A stretch of 64,000 nt of DNA from Blastocladiella emersonii ATCC 22665 (taxonomy: Eukaryota > Fungi > Blastocladiomycota). This document shows positions 10,350 through 21,721 of the stretch, one piece after another. The stretch lies in NCBI GenBank assembly GCA_025594325.1, contig JANHCV010000002.1, forward strand, positions 1,054,001-1,118,000, read 5' to 3'. The notes under the pieces were generated by a model that had not been told where the DNA came from, did no database searches, and worked only from the letters and a program-made list of their open reading frames with translations. Positions within the stretch are counted from its first letter, which is position 1; every line of letters begins with the position of its first letter. The translations under genes and the position numbers were made by a program.

Positions 10350-12316
10350 GGGGCAGGTTGCTGATGCAGCGACGGACTTCGCCCTCTTCTAGTAAATCCA
10401 AGGTTCTACATGTTCAAGTCTAAGCCCTCGATATTAATGCAGCAAGTTGCTCAAGTTCATTTGCTTACGTTGTGGATGAATGCGGAGGTCGAGTGCGATC
10501 CGCTCGAGTCGCAGGAAAAGGCGAGCGAGCGGGTGGCGCCTGTCACCCACCCATCAGGTCATGTGCGCATGAGCGACGCGAACCCGCAACTGACTCCAAG
10601 CACGGCAACAGTCTCATGGGCACTGTCAGCTCATTCGGGTTGCTGCACAGCGATATGGCCCCGCGTGGGCGAGCGCGCCCTGTCTTCGACCGCCGTGGCC
10701 ACACGCATCGTTCGCGGCGGGAGAGGGCTCCGCCCACTTGCCGTCTCCTCGCAGAGTCTGACCCGAGTTCCCGCTGGGCAGTGTGACTCGGCAACTCGAG
10801 GCATCGTTCAAAGAAATTGTGGTCAAGATTCAGTAGTCAGAGCGGGTCCGGAACACGCCGAAGCGCGGAGCGGGATTACGTGCACTAACTCACCCCCAGC
10901 CGTAGCCCACGCAGATAAAGTGCTAAAATTTATTTTACGGCGCTAAAATAGCTCACTGTACATATGATATTATTATGCAAAGAATCAGCCCGATCGGTTA
11001 TTGTGTGCGATTCAAGAAGCTAAGCCCTAAGTGCGTTTTTCGTCCGAGCGGCCAAACCGAAAGTTTTTTTCAACTTTGCACGGTCGGACGAGATCTCGGT
11101 ACCCCCTCATCTCGACTCGGAGATTTTTGTATATTAGGGGTCCCTGAAGGTCCCTGATCACCATCATATGCTCAGAAAAAATATTCTAGACCATCTCCAA
11201 TTTAGACATCTAAGTCGCGTCACGTGACGGAGGCCCGCGGATGAAGGCCTCGGCCGGCCGCAACGCGTCGTTCATGAAGGCCGCCGTTGCAAACGTCAAG
11301 CCGGGATCAGAAAGACTCTCTCTTTTCTCTTGTTGGGCAAAGTTCCCTCGCGGGCGAGGTGTTCGAAGTACACTCTGCTGGCGTGCTTCAAACGGCCAAG
11401 CTTAGCGCTGTCCTCCCCTGTTTCCTCCCAGCGCGATCTGAGGCAGACTCACTCGTTCTCGTGGCGGTAGGAGCACAGACCACTTTCTGTCCCATCATTT
11501 GAACAAGGTGGGCGGCGACCAAGCGCCTTGCAAGCAGTCTACGCGGCAACGATCCTGTAACAGCACCGCTACATGTCGCCGTGCACTCGACCACGACCAT
11601 GGATGCTGCAGACAAGAGGCACTCAGCCGAGCGCTGCGACGCGAACCTGTCAGCAGCGTGGCCGATGAAGCTCGCAACGGTCGACGTGGTGACGTTGCGC
11701 GGCACGTTCCTCGATTGGCAAGCGCCCGAAGCGCAAACACCGGCGACCGATGCGACGCGCGTGCGTGGGTTCAGTTGCGCTGAGGAGCGGTCGGCGAAGC
11801 GAAATGACTCGCGAGCACGGCCACAAGCGCAAGAAGCAGTTCTTAACGTCGCGCGCGTGAAGCAGCTGTAGGACGTCTGTAGGATACGATCCGAAGGCCG
11901 ACGTGGATGGAACGGTGGTGGTCTGCAAGTATCGGACGAGGGTACCCGCTCAAGCTTCAAGGCAGGTCAAGAGTTCGAAGCAAGAGGAGTGCTCCCTCGA
12001 CCTGAAGCGGGCACTCAGATCGCTCCCATGGTAACCAAGGATGGAAGACGCATGAGCTGTGCCGAGCTCGGCGGCCGCGGCGAAGTTCGCAGGCCGACCC
12101 AGGACGACGGCACCCGCCGCGAACCATCACTCGCTGCTTCAGGGGCTGCGACGGCAGATGGCAATAACAAGAGCAAGAGTATTGTTGCACCAAGTTCCGT
12201 CAAGTTCTATCAGTTTTCATGGGGTATGTGGGAGCAGCGTTGCTCGCCGGCAGCCTCGAAGTCTGAGCCACCTCGCGCAGCCGGTCCTCGCTCCTCCTTC
12301 GCCGCCGACACCAACC

Positions 12317-12538
12317 ATGCCAACAGTCCTATCAAGTCCGTGCGCCAAGCTCGCGTGCAAGCTGAGCGGGTGCATCCACCGCATGGGTTCCGAGGAAGCG
12401 CCATCGTGCGCCAAGCTGCGTCGCCAGTTTCTCGCGTGCTGCGAGCGCGAGCGGGGCAAGGGCGCAAGCGGCGATCCCGAAGGATGCCCGCCGATCCGGC
12501 AGGCGCGGCGGGCCGAGGGCGCGGACAACAAGGGCTAA
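12317..12538 (+). CDS. CMC4: Twin CX9C mitochondrial intermembrane-space protein, CMC4/p8MTCP1 family (73 aa)
   Basis: caaccATG start; SPCAKLACKLSGCI..SCAKLRRQFLACC..GCP matches the C-x3-AC-x3-C..C-x9-CC..C pattern of CMC4. Confidence 0.75.
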   Translation: MPTVLSSPCAKLACKLSGCIHRMGSEEAPSCAKLRRQFLACCERERGKGASGDPEGCPPIRQARRAEGADNKG

Positions 12539-12615
12539 GGTTTCCACGTTCTTCTGTATATTGAATGTTTTTGTGTTGGGGATAGCTAGCTGGCTGGGAT
12601 ACGAGGTTGTGAGGT

Positions 12616-13468
12616 TCAGATGCGCTTGGCGACGGCGATGGCGGCCTTGCACCCGCCCTGGACGACGGCGCTGAGGACCGAGTAGGCGGGGGCGAGGGCC
12701 GAGTCGTGGGCGACGGCCGTGTCGAGGTGCTCGAGCTCGTCGTCGCGGAACTTGCGGATCGTCTAGACGGGGGGAAGCGAGGGGTGTGAGCGAGCTGGTC
12801 GCCACTGGAGTGCGAGTGCGAGAGTACCTCGACCAGAGCCACGAGCTCGTCGCGGCGCTCGAGGTTCTCGTTTCCGGGCTCCTCGAGAATCTGCAGCAGG
12901 TCGCGGATCTGGCTACGGGTCCGCAAGGCAGCAGGTCAGCCGTGCGCGACCTCCCGCCGACACGAGAAGAGAGCACATACTCGTTGTAATGGTTCCCAAT
13001 GACCGTCTCCACGGCCTCGGTGAGCGCCATCGCGGCCTCCTTGCCGAGCAGTGCGGACCCGGCGCCCGCGACGAAGCCAGCGGCCTCCCACAGCGGGTAG
13101 AGTGCGCTGGGGCGGGCGCGCCACGAGGGGACGAGCGAGTTGAAGGTGTCGAGGTGGTGGACCTCCTGCTGCCACATGTGCTCGATGAGCGGGCCGAGCT
13201 TCTGGTCGCGGCCGAGGACGGCGAGCTGGCCCTTGTAGATCCAGTTGGCGCCAATCTCGCCGGCCTGGTTCACGCGCAGCATCTCGTCGAGGAGCGCGTG
13301 CTGCTCGCGCGTGAGCTTCTTGACGGGCGCCGGCGCGGCGGCGGCCTCGTCGGCGGCGGGGGCCTCGGTGGACAGGAAGCGGGCCGCGGCGGCCGGGCGC
13401 GCCAGGACGGCGGCGCCGGCGGGCGCGCGGGCAGCGCGGGTGGCGCAGATGAGCGAGCGAGTGAACAT
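12616..13468 (-). CDS. COQ7: 5-demethoxyubiquinone hydroxylase (di-iron), 2 introns
   Basis: Mitochondrial-type presequence; RVNQAGEIGANWIYKGQ, EVHHL, EAVETVIGNHYN|DQIRDLL, KFRDDELEHLDTAV motifs. Confidence 0.95.
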
Positions 13469-13735
13469 GGTGACTGTGGTGGTTGTCGATGCGTAGCGTA
13501 TGCGAGGTTCGCAAGGGGAGAGAAGGGATCCGCGGCGATGGGCAGGCGATAGAGATCGCGCGAGGCCGAGCAACGCGACCGGCGCCGCACACGTGCCGCC
13601 TTGTTGTCTCTCGCCGGCCGCGGGACGGACGGACGCGTCGGGCTCCCTTCAGACTCAGCTTCAGACTCGGCTCCGGATCCCCCGGCGATACCCCCATGCA
13701 TGCACCGCGCTAACTCGGCGCAACCCATAACCACC

Positions 13736-15034
13736 ATGACACGCACACCCAGCAAGCCGACCGAGCGCTCGCCGCTGCTCGGCGACGCGGCCGCGGCTGC
13801 CGCTGCTTCGTCCTCGTCGTCGGCGCCCGCTGCCGCCGCGACCCCGGCCATGCGCCCGAGCCACTCCACGTCTTCATCGTCGCTGGCGTCGAGCGTACCG
13901 CCCGCACACCACCCGAGCACCGAGCTGCTCGGGCTCGCGGCCATGACGGCGTCGGCGCTCTTCTTTTCGGTGATGACGGCGCTCGTCAAGTACTCGGGCG
14001 CGCACTTCCCGGCGTTCGAGGTGGTGTTTGCGCGGTCGATCCTGCAGGCGTTGTTCGCCGTGGCCGCGTGCTTCCTGGTCGGCGTGTCGCCGCTCGGGCC
14101 CAAGGGACTACGGTTCAAGCTGTTCCTGCGCGGCGCCGCGGGGTCGTTTGGGCTCGGCGCTTACTTTTACGCCAGTACGTTTTTGAGGGGTGTGAAGTGC
14201 TCGTGGCGCCGGCTAACTCGCGCCCTCAATCCAGTCGTGCACATGGACCTCGGCGAGGCGACCGTCATCTTCTTCACGGGCCCGGCGTTCACCGCCGTGT
14301 TTGCCTACTTTTGGCTGCGCGAGCCGCTGAGCCGCCTCGACATGGTCTCGATCGCCGCGTGCCTGGCCGGCGTGATCCTGGTCGCTCGCCCCGCGTTCCT
14401 GTTCCCCGCCATCACCCCTGACCCCGTCGACGGCCCCGCGCTCTACTCGCTCCTCGCGACGCTCTCGCGCGGCAACCCGACCGACGCGGCGCGCGGGTGG
14501 GCGCGCGTGGTCGCGATCCTGGCGGCGCTGACGGGCGCGGTCATGTCGGCGTGCGCGTACGTGATGGTGCGCAAGATCGCGCACAGCTGCCACTACCTGG
14601 TGCACGTGGCGTACTTTGGCATGGTGTCGACGGTCGTCTCGGGCACGCTCATGTTCACTTACACGCGCGAGGGGTACCCGCGCGTCCCGTCATCCGCCGC
14701 CGAGTGGCTGTCGCTGCTGTCGGTCGGCGTCACGGCGTTTGTTGGGCAGATGCTCCTGAACCGCGGGCTGCAGCTCGCGCGCGCCGGGCCGGGCGTCATG
14801 ATGCGCAACCTCGACGTGGTGTTCGCGTTCCTGTTCGGCGTGTACCTGTTTGGCGAGGTGCCGCACTGGTCGAGTATCGTCGGCGCGGCGCTGATTGTCG
14901 GGACCACCATGGCTACGGGCGTCAGCAAGCTCGTCAACCACCGCCGCGTGCTGCCGGCGGGGCCCGTTGCGGCCGAGGACGCGGATGACGAGGCGGTGTC
15001 GGTCGTCGTGGCGCCGCCTTCTAGTCGGGCGTAA
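13736..15034 (+). CDS. EamA/DMT-family membrane transporter (SLC35G-like), 1 in-frame intron near 14176-14233
   Basis: About 10 TM segments with two EamA halves; FEVVFARS, LGEATVIFFTGPAFT, GQMLLNRGLQL..AGPG motifs. Confidence 0.85.
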   Translation: MTRTPSKPTERSPLLGDAAAAAAASSSSSAPAAAATPAMRPSHSTSSSSLASSVPPAHHPSTELLGLAAMTASALFFSVMTALVKYSGAHFPAFEVVFARSILQALFAVAACFLVGVSPLGPKGLRFKLFLRGAAGSFGLGAYFYASTFLRGVKCSWRRLTRALNPVVHMDLGEATVIFFTGPAFTAVFAYFWLREPLSRLDMVSIAACLAGVILVARPAFLFPAITPDPVDGPALYSLLATLSRGNPTDAARGWARVVAILAALTGAVMSACAYVMVRKIAHSCHYLVHVAYFGMVSTVVSGTLMFTYTREGYPRVPSSAAEWLSLLSVGVTAFVGQMLLNRGLQLARAGPGVMMRNLDVVFAFLFGVYLFGEVPHWSSIVGAALIVGTTMATGVSKLVNHRRVLPAGPVAAEDADDEAVSVVVAPPSSRA

Positions 15035-15080
15035 GATACCCCCACTCACTCGCACAATGTACCCTCCATTTGGACTTTTC

Positions 15081-16058
15081 TTACAGCGCAACCGATCGCG
15101 ACAAGTGTATTCTCTTTCTCTCCGCGGGCGGCGGTAGCGGTGGTGGTGGCCCGTGCTCAAAGTCGCCAATCAGCTGGTCGAGGCGGTCGAGGAGCCGCGT
15201 CCCGTCGCCCTCGCCCTCATCCGAGCTGGACGGTCGGCGTGGTGGCGTCGGCATAGAGCTTCGTCGCACCGCTGACGACGACGACGAGTTGCGGAGCAGC
15301 ACGCGCTGAGCGCGGAACCGGGCGACCTGGGCTGCGAGCAAGTCGCGCTCCCCTGCGAGCGCCGCGTACTCTTGGCGCAACGCGTCGCGCTCACCCGCGA
15401 CCGCGGCATTGTCGATGGCGAGCGACTCGGCCACGTCGCGCCACTTGTCCGCCGCGTCCGCGTCGACGAGGACACACTGCACGCCCTTCTCCGCCCCCGC
15501 CGCGCGCCGGCGCACCTCGGCCGCATCCACCTCCGCGAGGCGGCGCGATGACGCGAGCGCCGCGTCGTGCATCCTGCGAAACGCGGCCTCGGCCTCAAGC
15601 TGCCCCTGCGCGGCGCGCGCGAGCCGCGCGCGTGTCTCGGCGAGATCCGACTCGAGCGCCGCGACGCGGTCAGCGCGGTCGACGAGCGCAGCGCGCGCGG
15701 CTGCCAGATCGCCGCGCAACGTGTGCATCCGCGGGACGACCGCGTCACGCAGGTGCGCCGAGAAGGCGACGAGGTCGGCGACCGCGCGTGTCGCGCGGGC
15801 TGCGTGGGCCGCCGACTCGTGCCGCGCATCGGCGAGCGCCGCGCGCAGGTGTGCCGTGTCCGTGTCCCGCGCACGCAGTTCGCGGCGCGCGCGCGCGAGG
15901 GAGTCGCGCGCAATGTGTAGCTGCGCGCGGAGGTACACGGGGTCATCGAAGGCGGCGGGGTTCGGCGGCGGGTCCAGGTGCGACAGGCGCAGCGGGTCGT
16001 CGCCGTCGCTCTCGTCGCCGTCGAGGACGACGCGGGCGGTGGTGATGGGCGGGTTCAT
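15081..16058 (-). CDS. Hypothetical coiled-coil protein
   Basis: 325-aa ORF with host-like codon bias and long Ala/Leu/Arg/Glu heptad-like helices; no recognisable domain. Confidence 0.6.
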   Translation of the reverse strand: MNPPITTARVVLDGDESDGDDPLRLSHLDPPPNPAAFDDPVYLRAQLHIARDSLARARRELRARDTDTAHLRAALADARHESAAHAARATRAVADLVAFSAHLRDAVVPRMHTLRGDLAAARAALVDRADRVAALESDLAETRARLARAAQGQLEAEAAFRRMHDAALASSRRLAEVDAAEVRRRAAGAEKGVQCVLVDADAADKWRDVAESLAIDNAAVAGERDALRQEYAALAGERDLLAAQVARFRAQRVLLRNSSSSSAVRRSSMPTPPRRPSSSDEGEGDGTRLLDRLDQLIGDFEHGPPPPLPPPAERKRIHLSRSVAL

Positions 16059-16602
16059 GGCGGGGTGTAGAGACGAGCGATCTGGTGGTGAAGGAGCGAG
16101 TGGTGCGCGAGCGCGGCGGCGGCGCCCAGCTGCACGTTTAGGGAACGGCGTGCGTCGCGGGCGTGTGGCGCAACGGTGCCGACGCGTGAAAGCGAGTTGG
16201 TGGTCGAGACGTCGGTTACAGCGGCTCGCGCCTGAGCGACTTTAGTGATACATGGGCAGTATAGGGCTGTGGGGAGAGGAGAGGGAGCGCCGTCAATCGA
16301 GAGGCGAAATTGCGGGGGCAGCGTGGGCAGGGCGAGCCGGGCGGAAGGGCGCGCCGCGTGGGAGCGACCGACGCGTGCCGCTTCAGAGTTCCCACCGCGT
16401 CGCGCTCCCCCCTTCTCTCCCCTCCCTCTTCTCCCCCTCCACAGCACCCACTCACGATCTCTCTCTCCCCTCTCGCGTCCCTGCCTCCTCCCAACACCGT
16501 CAACCGTCAACCCGACTCGCACTTGCACCCTTGCACCCCTGCACCCTCGCTCGCACTCCTCCCCACACGCACGCCCCGAATCTACCACACACACGCACTC
16601 CC

Positions 16603-19601
16603 ATGGACGCTCCGCCGCAGAGCCCCGGCCGCACGCTCGCCGCCGCCGCCGCCTCGGCCGCGCCCGACGTGCAGGCCGCCCTCGCCGACTACGAGATCGG
16701 CCACGTCCTCGGCAAGGGCAAGTTCTCGCAGGTCTACCTCGCCACGTCTCGCTCCACAGGCCGCAAGGTACTACTACCCGCTGTGCTGCTGTGTGGGAAC
16801 CCGCCGTGCTCACACCCCGATCCCCGGTCCCGTAGTTCGCCTTCAAGGTGCTCTCCAAGCTCGACCACCGCCCGCGCGTCATGGCCAAGCTCAAGCGCGA
16901 GATCGACATCCTCAACGCCCTGCGCGGCGCCAAGGTCTTTGTCCCGTGCGACTCGGCCCTCGACGCGACCACCGCCGCCGCCGACGCGTCCGACGCGACC
17001 TACACGGAGAGCGAGGACGACGACGGCACCGGTTTCTCGACGTACGGGTCCCGCTCGACGCTCGCCGGCAGCGGCAGTGGCGGGTACCGCAGCAACCGGT
17101 CAGGGACCCGGCTCCCGGCCGCCGCCGCCAACGTCGACCGCCGCCATCGCCACCTGCACGGCGGCACCTCGTCCTCGTCGCAGACCACGCTCAGCGGCCA
17201 CCCGAACATTGTCGACATGTTCCAGACCTTTGAGACGCCCTCGGTCACCATCATGGTGCTTCAGGTACGCGTCGGATCACTCCGTGGCCTCTGGACCGCT
17301 CCCCCACCTCCCCCACCTCCACTAACCCCATTTTTTTCGATTTTCGCGAAAAATTTACAGCTGCTTTCGGGCGTGAACCTCCACGATTTCGTGTTCGAAT
17401 CAATCCGCCTATCCGAGTCGGTAGCGCGGGGCATGTTCCGGCAGCTCGCGTCGGCCGTGAGCTTCTGCCACGCGCGCGGCGTCGTCCACCGCGACCTCAA
17501 GATGGGCAACGTGATGCTGATCCTCGCCCAGCCGCCGCCTCCGCCCAACGACCTCGTGCTGCCCTCCTCGCCCATGTCCGACGTGACCCCGGCCCCGCTC
17601 GGCCCCGCCAGCCCGCGCCGCGGCAGCGAGCCCGCCGTCGTCCAGATGAGCCCCGCCCGCATCGCCTCGGGCCGCTCGCCCGCGACCCCGCGCCACTGGC
17701 CGCGCCGCCTCGAGCTCACCCGCAGCTACCGCCTCAAGTTCCGGTCCGCCATCGTCGCCGACCCGCTCGGCGAGGACCGCTACCCGGTCCCGCGCGACCC
17801 GTGCACCGGCCGACCCTGGATGCAGCAGGAGATCGACGAGTGCGGCGGCTGGCTCGTCAAGCTCGTCGACTTCGGCCTCGGCAGCGCCTTTGACCCGCAA
17901 GAGTACCGCCACACGGCCGTCGGGTCGCCCGGCTACTTCTCGCCCGAGGTCGCTCAGGGCGTGTCGTACGTCGGGCCCGAGGTCGATGTCTGGTCCCTCG
18001 GCGTCGTGCTCTTCGAGATGACCACGGGCATGCACCCGTTCTCGGCCAAGGACCTGCCCACCCTCAAGGAGATCGTCATCCGCGGCCGCTTCGCCATCCC
18101 GCACCACGTCTCCCCGGACCTGCGCCGCACCTACACCCGTCTCATGAACGTCGACCCCGCCCGGCGGCGCAACCTGCACGTCCTCGACGTCGACCGCTGG
18201 ACCAACGACGGGTACGCGACGTCGCCCGCCTACGCCGACCCGCCCGAGGAGGACCTCGCCGGCGACGTGGACGCGGCCCAGATCGACGAGATCGCCGCCT
18301 CGATCCCCATCGAGGACGAGTCCTTTGGCCCCACCACCGCCGCCCGCCGCCGCCGGTCCGCCTCGGCCCACGCCCTCGTCGCCGCCTTTGCCGACGCCGC
18401 CAACTACGGCCGCCCGCGCGCCAACACGGCCCGCACTGCGGCGTCCGCGCCCGACGGCACCGCCGTGTGGAGCGACGGCGACGATCCGGCCGCCGACCTC
18501 CGCGGCCGCCACGCGACCACCGAGGAGGACGAGGCCGCGGCGGCCGAGATGGCCTACGCGCGCGACCTCGCGCGTCGGCTCCGCCGGTTCAACGCGTCCG
18601 TCCCCGCCCACCTCGGCGGCGCTCCGCCCCGCGGGTACCACGGCGTCCCGCCATCACCGCGCCGCGCGCCCGCTGCCCTCGCGTCGGCTCCCGCATCGAC
18701 CACCGCACACTCGCCACCCGCCGTCTTGCGCCCCGCCCACACGCGGTCGCGCAGCAAGCATCGCCCGACAGCGCTCCAGGTCGTCGCCGAGCCCGCGGCG
18801 CCCGCGCTGTCGACGTCGCCCACCTCGCCGACTGGGCCGCAGGCTCGGACGACGCCGCCGCCGTCGATTTCGGCCGGATCGGCGCACCCGCCACCGTTCC
18901 CGCCAGCGACGCCGCGCCGCGGGTCCGCGCCCGCCGTACACTCGGTCGAGCCCGTCGCGACCGCGCCGGGGACCGGCCACCAGCACCACGCGTCCGCGGC
19001 GGCCGTCGCCGCGCGCGTGTTCGCCCAGGTCCCGCCGCCGCCCGACACGCCGCCGACGCACCTCCGCGGCGCGTCCGTGGCGACTGCGACTGGCGCGACG
19101 CTGGCCGGGTCCACGGCACCGCCGCCGCCGCCCGTCGCTGCACCCGCGCCGCTGCGCATGCGCAACACGAAGAAGTCGTCGCGCCTCGACTGCACCTCGG
19201 GTGCCGTTGCCGCGGCGACGGCCGGCACGAGCAAGTGGGGCGGGTGGTGGCCGTGGGGCAGCAACACGCAGCACCACCAGGATGCGGCCGCGCAGCAGCA
19301 GAACCGTCGGCCTTCCGCCGAGAGTACCGCCAGCACGTCGAGCGGCGGGAGCACCGCGGTCGGCGACGTGTCGACGGTGTCGCTCGACGACCACCACTCG
19401 GGCAAGCGGACCGGGTCCGTGTCGACGGCGAGCACCGCTGCCGCGACCGCGCTCACGTCGTCCGTGTCCGCGTCCACGGCCGCGGCGCCCATCCCGCCCG
19501 TCCCGCGCAAGACGCGCTGGTACAACCGCCTGTTCTCGGTGTCAGGACCAAGCGCCAGCAGCAGCAGTGGGGCCAAGTCCGCGGGCCGCGCTGCGCGGTA
19601 G
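16603..19601 (+). CDS. Ser/Thr protein kinase, CAMK group (Kin1/MARK-like), 2 introns, two large in-domain insertions
   Basis: YEIGHVLGKGKFSQV, AFKVL, HRDLKMGN, LVDFG, GSPGYFSPE, DVWSLGVVL motifs; long P/A/S-rich C-terminus. Confidence 0.9.
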
Positions 19602-20007
19602 CCCGTACGCCGCTGCGCCGCGCTGCGTCGATCCCTCGCTCAACTCGTTCATCTACACCCGTTCCCGTTTCGTTCGTTCATCATGCTGTATTCCCTCCTC
19701 CCCGTCCATGGCACTTGCTCTTCCTCGCTCACCATCATCCCACTTTTTTGTTCGTGCCCCCCGTCTGGACCCGCCCTCTCACGTCACTCGATTCAGCAGC
19801 AGTACATTCAGTCTTCGACGGTCACGCACTTGATCAGCGGCATCGAGAAGGAGAAGCCGGGACGTTGGTCACGACGGCTGCAGTGCCACCGGAAGCACGA
19901 GGTGAAACGCGCGGCTCACAACATGTGATCGATCGACGCGTTTGCGTGGCGCACCTGGCCGAGCTGCCGCTCCCAGCGCATCCCCTCTCCCCAAGCGAAC
20001 CGCCCCC

Positions 20008-21262
20008 ATGGAATCCTCTCCCGACATGCAGCAAATGGACCTCCCCGACGAACTATGGCTGAGCATCGTCGAGCGCTTACCGCAAGCCAACTTTTGCCGC
20101 GACCTCGCTGCGCTGGGCAGGGCGAGCCGCCAGCTTGCCGGGCTCGTCCGTCCCATCCTCTACCGGACCTTGACCATTGAGCTGGACACCGGCCCGCGCA
20201 CCGGACACGTTGACAGCCGAGTTGACTTGAGCAAGTGGCCCGGCTGGCTCCCGCTTGTCCGCGAACTTGTGCTGCAGGGAAGAGATTACGGCACGCCCGC
20301 TGGCGCCGCGGTCTCAACCCCGCCACTTGCCGCCGCCACACAAATAGACTCGGCGGATCTTGCCCCGCCGATTTCGATCGATTACACTGTCATTGTCGCT
20401 GAGCTTGCCGAAATCAATCCGATCACGTCGTTTTGCGTGCGAGGAGTCACGCTCGAGTACGGCTTGTTGATCCAAACGCTTTCGAGCTTCGCACAGACCC
20501 TTACTCGCCTCGACCTGCACTTACCAAGCTTCACGGGAGAAATTGACCTCGAGCAGCTCGTGTTCCCTTCACTGACTCGACTTTCAATCTCTGCGTTTCA
20601 TGCGATTCAAGCTCTCCCGCAGGCGCCCAACTGCCGTACTCTCCTGCTTGTTCTACCCACTTTCCCCCAAAAACTCATCCACCAGATCCGGGCGATGCAG
20701 AGCTTGGCATCGTTGACCGCCCTTGGTAGCGATGCAAAGTCAAGAAGCTACCTCCCGTCTATGCTGCTCGCCCCCGGCTCCATCGCGACGTCGCTCGTCC
20801 ACTGGAACTCGGTCTGGCTGTCGGTCGATGACCTCGAAAAGTTGCCCCCCTTTACCGCATCTCCAAACCTTCGCAAACAGCCGGGGGCCGAACGTCATGT
20901 CTTCACAGTCGACAACACACAATGGCAAGCTTGTTGAGGCGTGCAAGTCGCGTCATTGGCCGGATTTCAAGCGGTTTAGGTGGATAAGACGGCGGTACAG
21001 CGTCACCTTCGCCCACAGTCGGCGGTTGACGTAGCAGGCTGCTATCCCGCTGCGGGGCCGTAGAACTCGCAGCGAGCGTGAGAGACTCGAGATCCACCGC
21101 CGCCAAGTTCGAGTCAGTCGGTTCATTAAGCTCCATGGTGATGCGGTGATTGAACGTTTCGAGCATCTGGGAGCGGGGGCATTGCATCCGATGAACCGTC
21201 ACTTTCGCGGACACGGCATGGACACGGACCGAGCCACCAATCACGAGTTCCGCACCGTTTGA
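20008..21262 (+). pseudogene. F-box/LRR-like gene with apparent frameshift and premature stop
   Basis: F-box motif DLPDELWLSIVERLP..LGRASRQLAGLVRPILY and LxxL repeats. The frame appears to switch at the C6 run 20845-20850, and a TAG at 21032-21034 interrupts the continuing frame. Confidence 0.55.
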
Positions 21263-21721
21263 CGCTGGCCACGCACGCCGCTCTACACATCGCCCTTTTC
21301 GCTGACACAGCAGTCAAGGTGCACCGTCCTGAGCGGCAAACACCTCTTTGGTCCGCGTGTAGATGCGAGAGAAACGAGAGGAGGGGCGGCGGCGAGCGAT
21401 GATGGCAGGAGGGACGCATTGCAGAGTGGCGGCAGAGTGGCGCAACGCGTCGTGTCTCAGCTCAAGCGTTGATCCATGACGCGTCGGGCGGCCCGCTGCG
21501 GCTCATGGCACACTGCCTGCTAACCGAGTTGTTCAGGACGAACCGAAAGCTGCCTGTCAAGTTGGTCGCGATCGGGAGCTCAGAGGCTGGCAAGCCGGTT
21601 ACAAGGTAGCTTGATAATTCCTGAGAAGGCCCGATGCTTGGCTGCGAGGAAACTGTGATCATGTACAAACGAGATACATTTGATTTTCTTTCTGGACCTA
21701 TCCGAGGCGCACAAACTCCGT

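Noticed and set aside
11170-11195. CTAG near the AT-rich hairpin as a Helitron 3' end
   Set aside because: The hairpin is about 100 nt away and the CTAG is not followed by T on either strand.
11388-12300. Several overlapping 80-190 aa ORFs
   Set aside because: No recognisable motif, start context or consistent codon bias.
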